Positions 1 through 9,634 of a DNA stretch of 64,000 bases are shown one piece after another. The notes under the pieces are model-generated. The model made no database searches. It saw nothing but the letters and a program-made list of their open reading frames with translations, and was not told where the DNA came from. The DNA comes from a virus. Its lineage: Duplodnaviria; Caudoviricetes. The stretch covers positions 1 through 64,000 of IMG/VR virus record IMGVR_UViG_2684622674_000004. One strand, written 5' to 3'. The position numbers were made by a program, and so were the translations under genes. Every line of letters begins with the position of its first letter. Position 1 is the first letter of the stretch.

Positions 1-1164
1 TTACACGACTTTCAGTAATTCCAAATTATCCGATTGGGCCGAATTTGGGACGTGACCTCCAAAAATGCTATCAATTTGCTTCGCGTGAGCACTCAAATGA
101 CGTGGTGCTAGGTGTGCATACCTCTGTACCATTTCGATTGATTCCCACCCGCCCATTTCCTGTAAAACTGTCAGCGGAACTCCAGCCTGAACAAGCCAGC
201 TTGCCCATGTGTGTCGAAGGTCATGAAAACGGAAGTTATCGATTCCAGCCCTCTTTAATGCAAGCCTCCATGCCGTGTTACCATCAACACGCATCTTCCT
301 GACTTCTGCTGCTTTTGTTCCATCAGACTTAGTGCTGGACTTCTGGTGAACGAATACCCATTTCTTATGATTTCCAACCTGGCCTCGAAGTAACCGGCAT
401 GCGGTGTCGTTCAGAGCGACGCCAATTGCCTGACCAGACTTACTTTCCTCTGGATGAATCCATGCAACCTTTCGTTGAAGGTCTACATCTTGCCATTGCA
501 AATCGACAATGTTTGATCTGCGCAAGCCGGTTGCCAGCGCAAACACCACGATAGATTTCAACGGCTCAGAGCATTCGTTTATCAATCGGATAGCCTCATG
601 GGGTTCGAGCCATCTAACCCTTTTCCCTCGCTCTTGCGGTACCTTTATTACCGGCCCTCGCTCAATCCATTTCCAGTCGCGTTCTGCGGCACGCATAATC
701 GCTTTCATTAATGCCAGGTGTTTTGCCTTTGTTGATATGCTAACCGGCACTTCCACAAATGGCTCCACGACATCACCGCGCTTCCTCAGCGAACTTGCTT
801 TCGACTCCCAATTATCCCTATGCTTTCTGTTTGTCATTTTACTGACGGCGGCATAAATTTTTGCTTCGGAAATACTCTTCAGCAAAACACCTTGAAAATG
901 GATGAGCCAGAATCCGATCCGGCCCTTATCCGCATCCAATGATTTTTTATGTGCTTTCTCTTCAAGCCATCGCAAACAAGCATCATCAAATGTCACGTCA
1001 GGGAAATCACCCAGGCGGTCTATTCGCCATTGCTCAGATTTTAATCTGTCGTGCAACTCCTGTGCTTGGCGCTTGTCCTCTGTGCCAAGAGACTGTTTAA
1101 TGCGTTTTCCGTCCGGTGCCGTGAAGTCGGCATACCAAATGGAACCCCTGCGGAAGATTGACAT
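1..1164 (-). CDS. int: Tyrosine integrase, P22/DLP12 type
   Basis: TGLR, FHDLRH, GW..MVQRYAH catalytic motifs; N-terminal arm-binding domain. Confidence 0.95.
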   Translation of the reverse strand: MSIFRRGSIWYADFTAPDGKRIKQSLGTEDKRQAQELHDRLKSEQWRIDRLGDFPDVTFDDACLRWLEEKAHKKSLDADKGRIGFWLIHFQGVLLKSISEAKIYAAVSKMTNRKHRDNWESKASSLRKRGDVVEPFVEVPVSISTKAKHLALMKAIMRAAERDWKWIERGPVIKVPQERGKRVRWLEPHEAIRLINECSEPLKSIVVFALATGLRRSNIVDLQWQDVDLQRKVAWIHPEESKSGQAIGVALNDTACRLLRGQVGNHKKWVFVHQKSSTKSDGTKAAEVRKMRVDGNTAWRLALKRAGIDNFRFHDLRHTWASWLVQAGVPLTVLQEMGGWESIEMVQRYAHLAPRHLSAHAKQIDSIFGGHVPNSAQSDNLELLKVV

Positions 1165-1388
1165 TGTATCTCCTTAGTCGCCCCGCCGCCGATCACGGAC
1201 ACAGTGTGTACCGGATCGCTTAATGCAGCAATACAGGCCTTTCGAGTTAGTAGGTAGGGTGATTGTTGTTTGCTTGGGTCTTTCCGAGTGGCAGCCAGGC
1301 GGCCTGATGAAATCCATTTCTTTGCTGTTGATCGCGATACACCAAGGAATTCGCAAGCCTCATCGAATGTGAGACTGTATTTATCCAT
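1041..1388 (-). CDS. xis: Excisionase, P22 Xis-like, overlapping the int 5' end
   Basis: [22 protein letters not shown] closely resembles P22 Xis; position upstream of int. Confidence 0.85.
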   Translation of the reverse strand: MDKYSLTFDEACEFLGVSRSTAKKWISSGRLAATRKDPSKQQSPYLLTRKACIAALSDPVHTVSVIGGGATKEIQCQSSAGVPFGMPTSRHRTENALNSLLAQRTSAKHRSCTTD

Positions 1389-1417
1389 TTTGGCCTCTTA
1401 TCTCTTTATCAACCCCA

Positions 1418-1642
1418 TCACCGATCCCACTTAAACTGACCATTCAACACACCGATGGCGAAAAGAAGCCAAGCCAGCTTGTAGCCAAGTGGCTTTAGCT
1501 TTTCGTAGTGGCGCAGGATGATAGGGCGGGTGATTGAGTCTTTGTTTATGTTGGCCGGCAGAGCGGCGAGGGTGGTTTTAATTTCGTTGTTACACATTCT
1601 GGCGGTAGATTGGAGCGCGTTATGCCTCTCTTCAGGAGTCAC
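1418..1642 (-). CDS. Hypothetical phage protein
   Basis: 74-aa ORF in the left early operon. Confidence 0.55.
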   Translation of the reverse strand: MTPEERHNALQSTARMCNNEIKTTLAALPANINKDSITRPIILRHYEKLKPLGYKLAWLLFAIGVLNGQFKWDR

Positions 1643-1645
1643 GTA

Positions 1646-1960
1646 TCACTCCTTTGGCTTCCGGTAACCGGCATCGTAAATAGCTTCCATTCCCTTTCTA
1701 TCCCAATCATTTCCAACATCTACGCCTTTGCCGTCAGAAAAATAAATGGATAAAAGGTCATCAACGGTAGTCTTTCTCCGCTCAGCCTCTTCCTCATCAA
1801 GAATCTCATTGCATAGGCCCACGCACTCATTGCAGATATTCACCTCAGGTCCGGTAATTATGCGAACTTCGCTTTCAGGCTTTTTGCAGAATGAGCATGA
1901 AGGCTCTGGCGCAGCTTCTTTGAATTTCCACTTAGCGAAATCAATTTTCATAGCCATCAT
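1646..1960 (-). CDS. ClpX C4-type zinc-finger domain protein
   Basis: CSFCKK...[14 protein letters not shown] matches the ClpX N-terminal zinc-binding domain. Confidence 0.8.
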   Translation of the reverse strand: MMAMKIDFAKWKFKEAAPEPSCSFCKKPESEVRIITGPEVNICNECVGLCNEILDEEEAERRKTTVDDLLSIYFSDGKGVDVGNDWDRKGMEAIYDAGYRKPKE

Positions 1961-2066
1961 CAGTGAACTCCATTCATAGCATCACCCACCACATAGACAA
2001 TCAGGCAGATAGAGAAGAGAGTGATGATTATCGCCATCAATATCTCTGTTGATAATTTGAGTCGTT

Positions 2067-3008
2067 TCATGCTGTAACCTCCATATATGCCTCTATGAAC
2101 ACTTTTGCCGCTTCAGCATTGATAGCGTTTCCGTAGGCGCACAATCGTCCCACGCGGTTGGCAATCCCATCAGCCAGCGGGGAAGTTCCGGATTCAACTG
2201 GCCGCCATTTCCCATCCCGGCACAAGAGCCAGTCAGCATTTCGCCAGAAGCCGTTAACCGGGCCGGCTGATGGGGTGATAGATGCTCCCGATAACCCACC
2301 GAATTCACTACCACGGTAGTTAAGCTTTCCTGCGTCCCTTTTTTCCCGTTGCTCCTGTTCTGATAGCCTAGCCGCGCTTCGTGGGCCATTGGTGTGGGCC
2401 ACCCCGCCAAGCAAGCGAAGTCCTGAAGATTCGATTGTCGGCCCGCAGCTTTCCTTGCTATCACCTTTTCCCAATCCTGATAGGCGTTCTTCACGTTGCT
2501 GGCGTTCGGCGTCGGCCAGCCAGAAATTTCTATCCCTGATGTGCGGGGCACCGACGCTCGCAGACGGGAACGGCGTACTTGCAAAGGAGTAATCCATTCC
2601 TTCCATGTCAGTTTGAACAAGGTCGATCCAAGCATCGACAGCTTTGCTTGCAACTTGCTCTCCAAAGACGATTGAAGGACGATGCTGTTCGATGAGCCAG
2701 GCAAAAGATGGCCATAGGTGCCGCTCGTCATTAAACCCATCTCCTTTGCCTGACGAGCTGAAAGGTTGGCATGGGCAACTTCCTGTCCAGACTGGCTTAT
2801 CATCGGGCCATCCTGCTTGTCGCAATGCATATGACCAAACTCCAATTCCGGCGAAGAAGTGGCACTGTGTGAATTCTCGTAAATCATCGGGTCTGACATC
2901 TTCAATGCTCCGCTCGTCAACATAGCCCGGTGCGATGTGACCGGCTTTAATAAGGTTTCGCAGCCACTGGGCTGCATAGGGATCAATCTCGTTGTACCAA
3001 GCTGTCAT
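2067..3008 (-). CDS. DNA (cytosine-5)-methyltransferase, alpha polypeptide (orphan)
   Basis: Motifs FFAGIG (I), PCQPFS (IV), GEQV (VI), HIRDR (VIII), YGNAI (X); no motif IX in this frame. Confidence 0.88.
   Translation of the reverse strand: MTAWYNEIDPYAAQWLRNLIKAGHIAPGYVDERSIEDVRPDDLREFTQCHFFAGIGVWSYALRQAGWPDDKPVWTGSCPCQPFSSSGKGDGFNDERHLWPSFAWLIEQHRPSIVFGEQVASKAVDAWIDLVQTDMEGMDYSFASTPFPSASVGAPHIRDRNFWLADAERQQREERLSGLGKGDSKESCGPTIESSGLRLLGGVAHTNGPRSAARLSEQEQREKRDAGKLNYRGSEFGGLSGASITPSAGPVNGFWRNADWLLCRDGKWRPVESGTSPLADGIANRVGRLCAYGNAINAEAAKVFIEAYMEVTA
2093..2731 (-). CDS. Probable beta polypeptide of the C5-MTase, nested in an alternative frame
   Basis: Frame open over 2093-2986; AAGGAG 9 nt before ATG 2731; motif-IX-like [13 protein letters not shown] and two GWPTP repeats. 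Confidence 0.7.
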   Translation of the reverse strand: MTSGTYGHLLPGSSNSIVLQSSLESKLQAKLSMLGSTLFKLTWKEWITPLQVRRSRLRASVPRTSGIEISGWPTPNASNVKNAYQDWEKVIARKAAGRQSNLQDFACLAGWPTPMAHEARLGYQNRSNGKKGTQESLTTVVVNSVGYREHLSPHQPARLTASGEMLTGSCAGMGNGGQLNPELPRWLMGLPTAWDDCAPTETLSMLKRQKCS

Positions 3009-3223
3009 GCCGCCTCCATTATATTTCTCACTTTCGCTTTCACTGACTTCACCGTTTTAACTGGCGTTGGCGGGACAACTTGCCGCAGTACCGGTCTCTT
3101 TGATTTATCGCCGGTTCGTAGCCGCTGCTTTATTTTCATGTCCCACACATAGGCTTCATTGTGGTCACGGCCGTCATCCGCCGCGCGGCCAACAGTCAGA
3201 ATTAGTTCGCTGATATCGTCCAT
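3005..3223 (-). CDS. Hypothetical phage protein
   Basis: Coupled ORF, GGAGG before MDDISEL start. Confidence 0.55.
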   Translation of the reverse strand: MDDISELILTVGRAADDGRDHNEAYVWDMKIKQRLRTGDKSKRPVLRQVVPPTPVKTVKSVKAKVRNIMEAA

Positions 3224-3438
3224 TACGCGGCCTCCGCTAACTTGGTTGGAATGCGCCAGCACTTAATCGAATAATTACCGTTTGGCTTTTCAGTGCATTC
3301 AGCACCAAAGAATGAATTACTTATTGCGCCGCTCGGATTGGGGAAATCACCATTTCCACGGCCTTTGATAAATGCATTTAATGCTCGGGTGGCAAATTCA
3401 ACGCAGCCGGGGTCCGGCGCTGAAATAGTTACTCGCAT
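3223..3438 (-). CDS. Hypothetical phage protein
   Basis: 71-aa ORF with GGAG RBS, stop overlaps next start. Confidence 0.55.
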   Translation of the reverse strand: MRVTISAPDPGCVEFATRALNAFIKGRGNGDFPNPSGAISNSFFGAECTEKPNGNYSIKCWRIPTKLAEAA

Positions 3439-3490
3439 AGGGAATCTCCAGATTTAGTGAAATCCGTTTCTGTGAGTCCGTAGTGGGTGA

Positions 3491-3784
3491 TTAACGCTCT
3501 ATAAATTTCTTCTCGCCATTTACCCATCCTTCCTGATAATCCGTCTCGCCTTTACTCACACAGACTGCGAGGTGTTCAACGTCTTCCCAGTTCATGTTAT
3601 TTGCTGCCCAGTCCTCAATGTCGTATGGGCTTCCTGCGAATAACGGACGGGTATCATCTTCAAGGCTTTCTTCAATGCTTACGCCATCATGCTTGGCGTA
3701 GTAGATGGCCCTATTCATTGCGATAACTTCGACGGGAACGGCCCACTTGCTGCCGTCAGGCATAGTGATTTCTAAGTGCTGCAT
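3491..3784 (-). CDS. Hypothetical phage protein
   Basis: 97-aa ORF with GAGG RBS. Confidence 0.6.
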   Translation of the reverse strand: MQHLEITMPDGSKWAVPVEVIAMNRAIYYAKHDGVSIEESLEDDTRPLFAGSPYDIEDWAANNMNWEDVEHLAVCVSKGETDYQEGWVNGEKKFIER

Positions 3785-3849
3785 AGGTAACCTCTGAATT
3801 TAGGCAATAAAAAACCCGCCGTAGCGAGCCATTGGGATGCGAGAATTTC

Positions 3850-4020
3850 TTACCGATATACTTCTGTGCACATGAGCACAGCGTTGGGCTTGCGCTCTTT
3901 AATCAGCGTTGATATTTGCTGGCATTCGGATTGGGTAGGGTAGATGTCTTCGGTAACGGGTAGGGCATCACAGGCATCAAAGCCGCAGGAGCTGACGAGA
4001 AGAACAAAGCCGATTAGCAT
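3850..4020 (-). CDS. Small Cys-containing exported protein (YebW/DUF1482-like), 56 aa, below the ORF-track cutoff
   Basis: MLIGFVLLVSSCGFDACDALPVTEDIYPTQSECQQ...; start overlaps upstream stop. Confidence 0.55.
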   Translation of the reverse strand: MLIGFVLLVSSCGFDACDALPVTEDIYPTQSECQQISTLIKERKPNAVLMCTEVYR

Positions 4021-4421
4021 CATTCCTCCGCTGGCTTGGCTGCTGTGACGCTTGGTGTCTTATATAAACACACGGGGCAGCCAGATAATTTCCTGCCGTC
4101 TGCTGTATACGTAGCAATTCTTCCCTTATCTGACTTATCAAACTGAACACTTATCGGATACTCTGATCTCCCGTTATTTATTGATACAACATAGCCGTAA
4201 CCAAATTTATCAACTGAGTCGCATACGCGGTCGCCAACATTAAATCCGATTGATAATTTCAGCTCTGCGAGTTGCTCACGCAGTGATAGCAGTTCAATGA
4301 GAAGCATAAGTAACTCGGTGTTGTAGGCGTCACCCTCTGCCATCGCTTCGAGCACCTCAATCTGGTCTGCAAGCCCACCGTCCGGCTTGCGGGTAAATTC
4401 CTGCTCAGTTAGCTTGTTCAT
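4020..4421 (-). CDS. Hypothetical phage protein
   Basis: 133-aa ORF, translationally coupled. Confidence 0.55.
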   Translation of the reverse strand: MNKLTEQEFTRKPDGGLADQIEVLEAMAEGDAYNTELLMLLIELLSLREQLAELKLSIGFNVGDRVCDSVDKFGYGYVVSINNGRSEYPISVQFDKSDKGRIATYTADGRKLSGCPVCLYKTPSVTAAKPAEE

Positions 4422-4632
4422 TGCTCACTCCAATCGTCACACGGCGTAGATTTATATCGACGGGGATTTCACTGCGACCCGTTATTGCCAGCGCAAAATC
4501 TTCCGGCGTCATAGATGCGGTTATAGTCCTACCCATGCCAAACTTGAGCACAATCTCAATGCGCTGCTTATCGCCGCCGATACGTGAGATATCAATAACA
4601 GCCTCTGTTTTTCCCTTACTCAGCATCTGCAT
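4405..4632 (-). CDS. Hypothetical phage protein
   Basis: 75-aa ORF in the operon. Confidence 0.5.
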   Translation of the reverse strand: MQMLSKGKTEAVIDISRIGGDKQRIEIVLKFGMGRTITASMTPEDFALAITGRSEIPVDINLRRVTIGVSNEQAN

Positions 4633-4831
4633 TCCCCTCTGTACGATAGAACCCCAGCTTATTTAGTGCTTTTTCAGCGTTAAATTCGACGGCTTCTTTA
4701 TCTGTTACACCCAACAGCAATACGACAAACTTTTTTCCTTTTGGTGGTTTAAATCTTGCGGCTATTTCTTGCCCATGAAGGGTAAAAGTATTAGCAAAAC
4801 TAGCATCACCATCATGTAATTCAACCATCAT
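4616..4831 (-). CDS. Hypothetical phage protein
   Basis: 71-aa ORF in the operon. Confidence 0.5.
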   Translation of the reverse strand: MMVELHDGDASFANTFTLHGQEIAARFKPPKGKKFVVLLLGVTDKEAVEFNAEKALNKLGFYRTEGNADAE

Positions 4832-5472
4832 CTATTACTCCCTTCACACGCCCAATCAGCGCACCCAACAAAATCATGTGGGTTGTATTGCCAGCTTATT
4901 TTTCCGCAGTGAGGGCAGTTCCAGCGTGTTTTACCTGACGATTTACGTCGAGCCTGACGCTTTAACCAATCAGGCACTCTCAGCCCCGCAGCCTGAATCA
5001 TTGTCCGCCGATTAAGCTGGTCGATATTGAAAGTCCGGCGTTTAACGGCATCAGCAGTCACAAATGGTAGCCACACCAGGCTGCTTTCAGTGACGTCCGG
5101 CTCAGGGAATACTTTAGCTTTGTTGAAATCATCTGTTGGCATCAGGTCAGACAGCCAATACACGTCATTCCCATTCCACTTGTCTTTGATGAATGCGACA
5201 TAACCTGCGCAATCTGTCTCGATAGTGTTCTTGCTGGGAATGAGTTGATGATCAACATGCCAAACAGCAGCTGCATCAATTGCATCGGCTGACACTGGCA
5301 GGTCAATGTCACGCCCAAAATCCCAACTTTTTTGAGCATCTTCGAGGGTGTAAACATGGGCTTTGCTTATATCAGTGGCGTACCCACTACCCTGATAGCA
5401 GTGAAATGCCATGTTGCTGCCTACAGTGTCGCGTAGGCAGGCCATGTAAAATCTATTTTGCATTCGGTTCAC
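4828..5472 (-). CDS. Conserved phage protein with C-terminal Zn ribbon
   Basis: 214 aa; WNCPHCGK...GCADWAC. Confidence 0.65.
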   Translation of the reverse strand: MNRMQNRFYMACLRDTVGSNMAFHCYQGSGYATDISKAHVYTLEDAQKSWDFGRDIDLPVSADAIDAAAVWHVDHQLIPSKNTIETDCAGYVAFIKDKWNGNDVYWLSDLMPTDDFNKAKVFPEPDVTESSLVWLPFVTADAVKRRTFNIDQLNRRTMIQAAGLRVPDWLKRQARRKSSGKTRWNCPHCGKISWQYNPHDFVGCADWACEGSNR

Positions 5473-5818
5473 CCCTCAGGCTGGCGGCGAATCGACGAGC
5501 CATTTCTGAAATTTGACTGTGTGATTCTTTTCCCTGCCAATTATCAGCAAACTCATCAACACCCTGCGCCTTTATCTCGTTAAGCGCCTGAGTGGTGGCT
5601 GGGGCATTAAGTGCTGATTCAACCGCAGATTGTGACCGGTCCCAGCCGATGCCATAAATCTCACTTTCACCGCCAGACCGACGAATCTCTTTCCATCCAC
5701 CAAGCATGTCTCTTGCAGCAACTTTCAGTAGCATGTTCTCAGCAGCGACCGCTCGATAGTTTTTATCTAGTTCGATGTACTCAGCTTTTAACGTTTCATA
5801 ATCAGTATTTTCAGACAT
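5453..5818 (-). CDS. Hypothetical phage protein (Ead/Ea22-region type)
   Basis: AAEN..LK and EIKAQGVDEFA segments typical of lambdoid left-arm proteins. Confidence 0.55.
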   Translation of the reverse strand: MSENTDYETLKAEYIELDKNYRAVAAENMLLKVAARDMLGGWKEIRRSGGESEIYGIGWDRSQSAVESALNAPATTQALNEIKAQGVDEFADNWQGKESHSQISEMARRFAASLRGEPNAK

Positions 5819-5854
5819 AACTGTTTCCTCAGCAGATTGACTGCCGGTAATGGG

Positions 5855-6124
5855 TTATAGGGTGATTTTGTTTTTCTTGGCCCAATTAACGAATGACTGA
5901 GCGCCACCCGTGAATGTCTTGTTCTTGAGCGTCCAACGTCCGGTTGTCATGTAAAACATCACCGTTCCTACGCTGGTCGTGAACTTAAGAGAGCCATTTG
6001 ATTGCTCAGCTTCCGTGCTAATCCCTGCATCCTTTAGCTGCTGCCGGTTGCGCGCTGTGCCAGTAAGTTTCCGCTCTTTATCTACCTGCTTGTGCTGGTC
6101 GAATACCTCACGCATATCTCCCAT
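5855..6124 (-). CDS. Hypothetical phage protein
   Basis: 89-aa ORF with AAGGA RBS. Confidence 0.55.
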   Translation of the reverse strand: MGDMREVFDQHKQVDKERKLTGTARNRQQLKDAGISTEAEQSNGSLKFTTSVGTVMFYMTTGRWTLKNKTFTGGAQSFVNWAKKNKITL

Positions 6125-6160
6125 GAGAATTCCTTTCAGGTTATTTAATGGGGTGGGGGA

Positions 6161-6550
6161 TTAGGCTGCCGAAAGCAGTCGCAGACATTCTTGACGTCGC
6201 GCCAAAAACTCTTCCTGAGTCGAGCAGAACGGGGTAGGGTTGGCTGGCATAAATTCTGGCTTGAGCCGGTATATCGTTCCCTGAGCTGATATCCCTTTAA
6301 TCTCCCACCGCTCTTCCGTGAGCAAGTGGCGCATATTTCTCACATGCGTCAGGCTGATGTGTATTGATATCGTCTCAAAGCCATCACCCAAACCTTTGTA
6401 GAATGAGTCCTTATAATTCAACGTACACCCGCCAGTAGCACCACCAGACAAATAGCGACCGCCACCCACGCTGCCAATTGAACGGTGGAATGAGGTGATA
6501 TAAGCATCTGGATGGGCGCGGAGGCAGGCCAGTATCTGTTCTGGCTGCAT
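6161..6550 (-). CDS. Hypothetical phage protein
   Basis: 129-aa ORF downstream of ssb. Confidence 0.6.
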   Translation of the reverse strand: MQPEQILACLRAHPDAYITSFHRSIGSVGGGRYLSGGATGGCTLNYKDSFYKGLGDGFETISIHISLTHVRNMRHLLTEERWEIKGISAQGTIYRLKPEFMPANPTPFCSTQEEFLARRQECLRLLSAA

Positions 6551-6575
6551 GGTGGTTACCTGTTGGTGTTATTGG

Positions 6576-7082
6576 TCAGAAGGGAATATCGTCTTCAAAA
6601 TCCATTGGTGGCTCGTTATTTTGGTGCGCCGCCTGCTGCTGTCCCTGCGCGTGTTGCTGGCCCCATTGCTGCTGATTCTGTTGTGGGCCTGATTGTTGCC
6701 GTCCTTGGCTTTGAGTTCCCTGTGAATCACCTTGCTTTCCGCCGAGCATCTGCATCGTGCCGCCGACGTTAACCACCACTTCCGTTGTGTAGCGATCCTG
6801 TCCTGATTGGTCTTGCCACTTCCGTGTTTGCAGTGCTCCCTCGATGTAGACCTGCGAACCTTTTCGTAGGTACTCACCTGCCACTTCTGCCAACTTTCCG
6901 AATAGCACAATCCGGTGCCACTCAGTTTTTTCCTTTTGCTCGCCTGTAGCTTTATCCCGCCAGCTTTCTGATGTTGCGAGGGTGATGCTGGCTACCGCAC
7001 CGCCGTTAGGCAGATATCTAACTTCTGGGTCTTGGCCCAAATTTCCGACCAAAATTACTTTGTTTACGCCTCTACTCGCCAT
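6576..7082 (-). CDS. ssb: Single-stranded DNA-binding protein
   Basis: [20 protein letters not shown]...DDIPF, host-like SSB. Confidence 0.97.
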   Translation of the reverse strand: MASRGVNKVILVGNLGQDPEVRYLPNGGAVASITLATSESWRDKATGEQKEKTEWHRIVLFGKLAEVAGEYLRKGSQVYIEGALQTRKWQDQSGQDRYTTEVVVNVGGTMQMLGGKQGDSQGTQSQGRQQSGPQQNQQQWGQQHAQGQQQAAHQNNEPPMDFEDDIPF

Positions 7083-7715
7083 TTATGCCGCCTTCTTAGG
7101 TTTGAGTTCTGAGCCGCGATGCTTATACACCTCGACGCACTTTTCCTGATGCGAAGCCGAACGAGCTAACGCATTCCATGCTGGCGTATAAATTCCCTTT
7201 AGCTCATCCAACGACTGGCAACTGCTTGCTTGTGAAGTGAAGTCAGCAAGTATCTGGTCTGGATTTCGTGGTGATGGGTGATGAATTTCAGCATCAGGAT
7301 CGGCTGCTGTTTCTTCGGTTGGGATGCAGAACGCCTGAAATGCAGCGTATTTATATGCGATTGACATAGCTTTATTTGTGGCTTTATCTCCGCTATCCAT
7401 CGCTTCGCCAAAAGTCACAACTGTGTGGATGCTGCCATCTTCAACGCTGACAAAATCAAATTCAGCTCGAACGGTTATATAAAACAATGCACCACCACTT
7501 TTACTAACCCGCTCACATGAAGTCCTTTCAGTGCAGCGGGGAAGAATTAGCAATCCATGCTTAACAAGTGCCGGGGCTAGAGCGTTATAAACAGCATCAA
7601 TCCCCCTAAATGCGTATGTGACTTGACTACCTTGTTTCTTTTCTTTTTTAATGCCTTGTTCAGACAATTCTCCAGCTACAGCACTGATCGCTTTGTAAAC
7701 TAGCTTGGTTTCCAT
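7083..7715 (-). CDS. erf: ERF-family ssDNA annealing recombinase
   Basis: YAFRGIDAVYNAL, GEAMDSGDKATNKAMSIAYKYA motifs; next to ssb. Confidence 0.85.
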   Translation of the reverse strand: METKLVYKAISAVAGELSEQGIKKEKKQGSQVTYAFRGIDAVYNALAPALVKHGLLILPRCTERTSCERVSKSGGALFYITVRAEFDFVSVEDGSIHTVVTFGEAMDSGDKATNKAMSIAYKYAAFQAFCIPTEETAADPDAEIHHPSPRNPDQILADFTSQASSCQSLDELKGIYTPAWNALARSASHQEKCVEVYKHRGSELKPKKAA

Positions 7716-7723
7716 AAATCACC

Positions 7724-7894
7724 TTAAAATGGTTGCTCACCCAAGAAGTAGCGTCGATTAATCCACTCCAGACGTGCCAACTTAAGGCACGCATGCATTA
7801 CCCGCCGCTGTTTTTTTCTTCGGTAATACAGGGCATCCAGAACGTGCTCTTTTCTTTTTGCGATACTTTCCTGCTCTGTGGTTGCGAGGCTCAT
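7724..7894 (-). CDS. Small basic phage protein, 56 aa
   Basis: MSLATTEQESIAKRKEHVLDALYYRRKKQ...; ATGA overlap with the kil stop. Confidence 0.55.
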   Translation of the reverse strand: MSLATTEQESIAKRKEHVLDALYYRRKKQRRVMHACLKLARLEWINRRYFLGEQPF

Positions 7895-7998
7895 TTCGAC
7901 CCCCGATAAAATAGGCTGTATGCGACCTGAAACAGATCATCGTTACCAACGCGGCGAGCATCAACCGCGAGCAATTGAAGTGCTTTTACGATATCCAT
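7891..7998 (-). CDS. kil: Kil-like host-division inhibitor, 35 aa
   Basis: MDIVKALQLLAVDARRVGNDDLFQVAYSLFYRGSK directly after cIII (TAATG overlap), weak similarity to lambda Kil. Confidence 0.5.
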   Translation of the reverse strand: MDIVKALQLLAVDARRVGNDDLFQVAYSLFYRGSK

Positions 7999-8120
7999 TA
8001 AGGCTCACCTCGCTGGTTAAGTGTTTTGGCAATCCATAGCAGAAGCTCTAAAAGTGGATTGCGTGGTGGTTCATCAGAGCAGCCCACGCAAGGCCACCCT
8101 GCACAAGTTAGCTGTTGCAT
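7998..8120 (-). CDS. cIII: CIII (FtsH inhibitor), 40 aa
   Basis: MQQLTCAGWPCVGC...LNQRGEP resembles lambda CIII (AGWPVAGC...LNQPGVP). Confidence 0.75.
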   Translation of the reverse strand: MQQLTCAGWPCVGCSDEPPRNPLLELLLWIAKTLNQRGEP

Positions 8121-8138
8121 GGGTTAACTCCGGATTGA

Positions 8139-9143
8139 TTAGTAGCTAATGCGGGTATGGGGGATTTCTTCGTCTTTCAGTGCAATCAGGACTTCTATTG
8201 CCTGCTCGCGGGTTAAGCTAGTGCGATTGAGAAGAGCGTTTACGATTTCGGTGCCAACAGTTTTGCGATGTGCTTCGTTAGCTGCTCGCGCCGCCGCTTC
8301 ATCAGCAACACGCTTCTCTTCTGCCAGCCGAGCATCTTCTTTCTGCTTGGCTTCACGTTGAACTCGCTCAGCTTCCTGCTGTGCTTTAAGTTTCTCGGCG
8401 GCGATAGCCTCCTGCTTCTCGCGCTCGACACGTTCAGCTAATTCCTTGGCGTCACGTTCGGCTTTGGCTGCGGCATCCTTGGCGGTTTGTTCAGCTCGTT
8501 CCTGAGCCAACTTTGCCTCACGTTCGCGCTGCTCTGCGGCTTCAATGTCACGCTTGGCTTTCTCTTCAACTTCGCGTTTCGCCTTCTCTGCTGCCTGTTG
8601 AGCTATGAATTCTTCATGGGCCTTGCGCAGGCGTTCAATTTCATCAGCTTTCGCTTTGGCGTCACGGTCGAAAGCGTCATTCATTAGCAGGGCCATCTCA
8701 TGAGCCACTTCAATTTCTGCCGCTAGCTCTTCAGCTTTCTTCTTGGCTTCTGCTTCCTGCCTTAGCCGTTCCTGTTCGGCTTCCCACTCAGTCAGCGGGC
8801 GGCGAGTTTCGTCACGTATTTCATCGCATTCAATGACAAATCGGCGAAGTTCGGCCTCAATGATTTTCGGTTGCTCTTTTAGGTGGCGAAGATACTCACG
8901 GCCCGGCTTTTCGATTGCTGTCTTACTGCGTGATGCACTAGCTGCAAGTGACGCTATCCGTGCGCGGCCTTTTGCAGTCGTTACATCTGGAACTTCATTA
9001 ACTGCCTGACGAATTTGGTTGAGGTATTTATCAAGGCCGTTCGTGACGTACAGTGTCGGGTAGGATTCAGGCTTAATGTCGATTACCACCAAGCCGGTGT
9101 TTTCGTCTGCCATGCTCATTTCCTTGTGTTTAGCCCACAGCAA
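8139..9143 (-). CDS. Coiled-coil phage protein
   Basis: PDVTTAKGRARIASLA N-domain plus Ala/Glu/Lys-rich coil; true start probably near 9118. Confidence 0.75.
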   Translation of the reverse strand: MLWAKHKEMSMADENTGLVVIDIKPESYPTLYVTNGLDKYLNQIRQAVNEVPDVTTAKGRARIASLAASASRSKTAIEKPGREYLRHLKEQPKIIEAELRRFVIECDEIRDETRRPLTEWEAEQERLRQEAEAKKKAEELAAEIEVAHEMALLMNDAFDRDAKAKADEIERLRKAHEEFIAQQAAEKAKREVEEKAKRDIEAAEQREREAKLAQERAEQTAKDAAAKAERDAKELAERVEREKQEAIAAEKLKAQQEAERVQREAKQKEDARLAEEKRVADEAAARAANEAHRKTVGTEIVNALLNRTSLTREQAIEVLIALKDEEIPHTRISY

Positions 9144-9194
9144 AACACCGACGATGATGTCAGGCTTACTCTGGGGATTGGTGGGGGTGGGGAG

Positions 9195-9329
9195 TTACTC
9201 GGTTTCTTCTTCGTTAGTTGGTTCTACTACCTGACAATTTATAGCGCCGCATTCTTGGCACTCAGTGTGAGTTAGTGCTGAGAATGGGCCTTTCCAGATA
9301 ACAGGGCCGCCACAATATTGACATTGCAT
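9195..9329 (-). CDS. Small zinc-finger protein, 44 aa
   Basis: MQCQYCGG...TECQECGAINC. Confidence 0.55.
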   Translation of the reverse strand: MQCQYCGGPVIWKGPFSALTHTECQECGAINCQVVEPTNEEETE

Positions 9330-9332
9330 ATC

Positions 9333-9563
9333 TCACCCTCTCGCCTTAATCATTGCGTCTGCCACCGCTCTAGAGTGACTGACGACCCAGTCAACATGGA
9401 GCTGGACTAAGTCGTCTATTAATGACGGATTAGATATGATTGCCGCCATCGCTTTAGCTGAAAAGTAATCGTGCAGTGTCATGCCCTCCGATTCGTAAAG
9501 AGCCGAACCCTCACCCGGAACGAACGGAAACGCTGGGCCGCCTGTTTTAATTTCACCTGTCAT
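9333..9563 (-). CDS. Conserved phage protein
   Basis: GGPAFP...GMTLHDYFSAKAM...ADAMIKAR motif. Confidence 0.7.
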   Translation of the reverse strand: MTGEIKTGGPAFPFVPGEGSALYESEGMTLHDYFSAKAMAAIISNPSLIDDLVQLHVDWVVSHSRAVADAMIKARG

Positions 9564-9634
9564 ACATCACCTCATCTAGTGGTCTTATTGCTGCCACCAA
9601 TAAAGGTAAGTGGCAGGGGTAAGGTCACTGGGGG

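Noticed and set aside
6569-6910. 113-aa ORF overlapping ssb on the same strand
   Set aside because: Off-frame shadow of ssb with no RBS or motif, unlike the MTase beta frame.
8139-9143. TolA-like envelope protein
   Set aside because: Similarity would come only from the low-complexity AEK coil; no TM anchor and an early-operon context.
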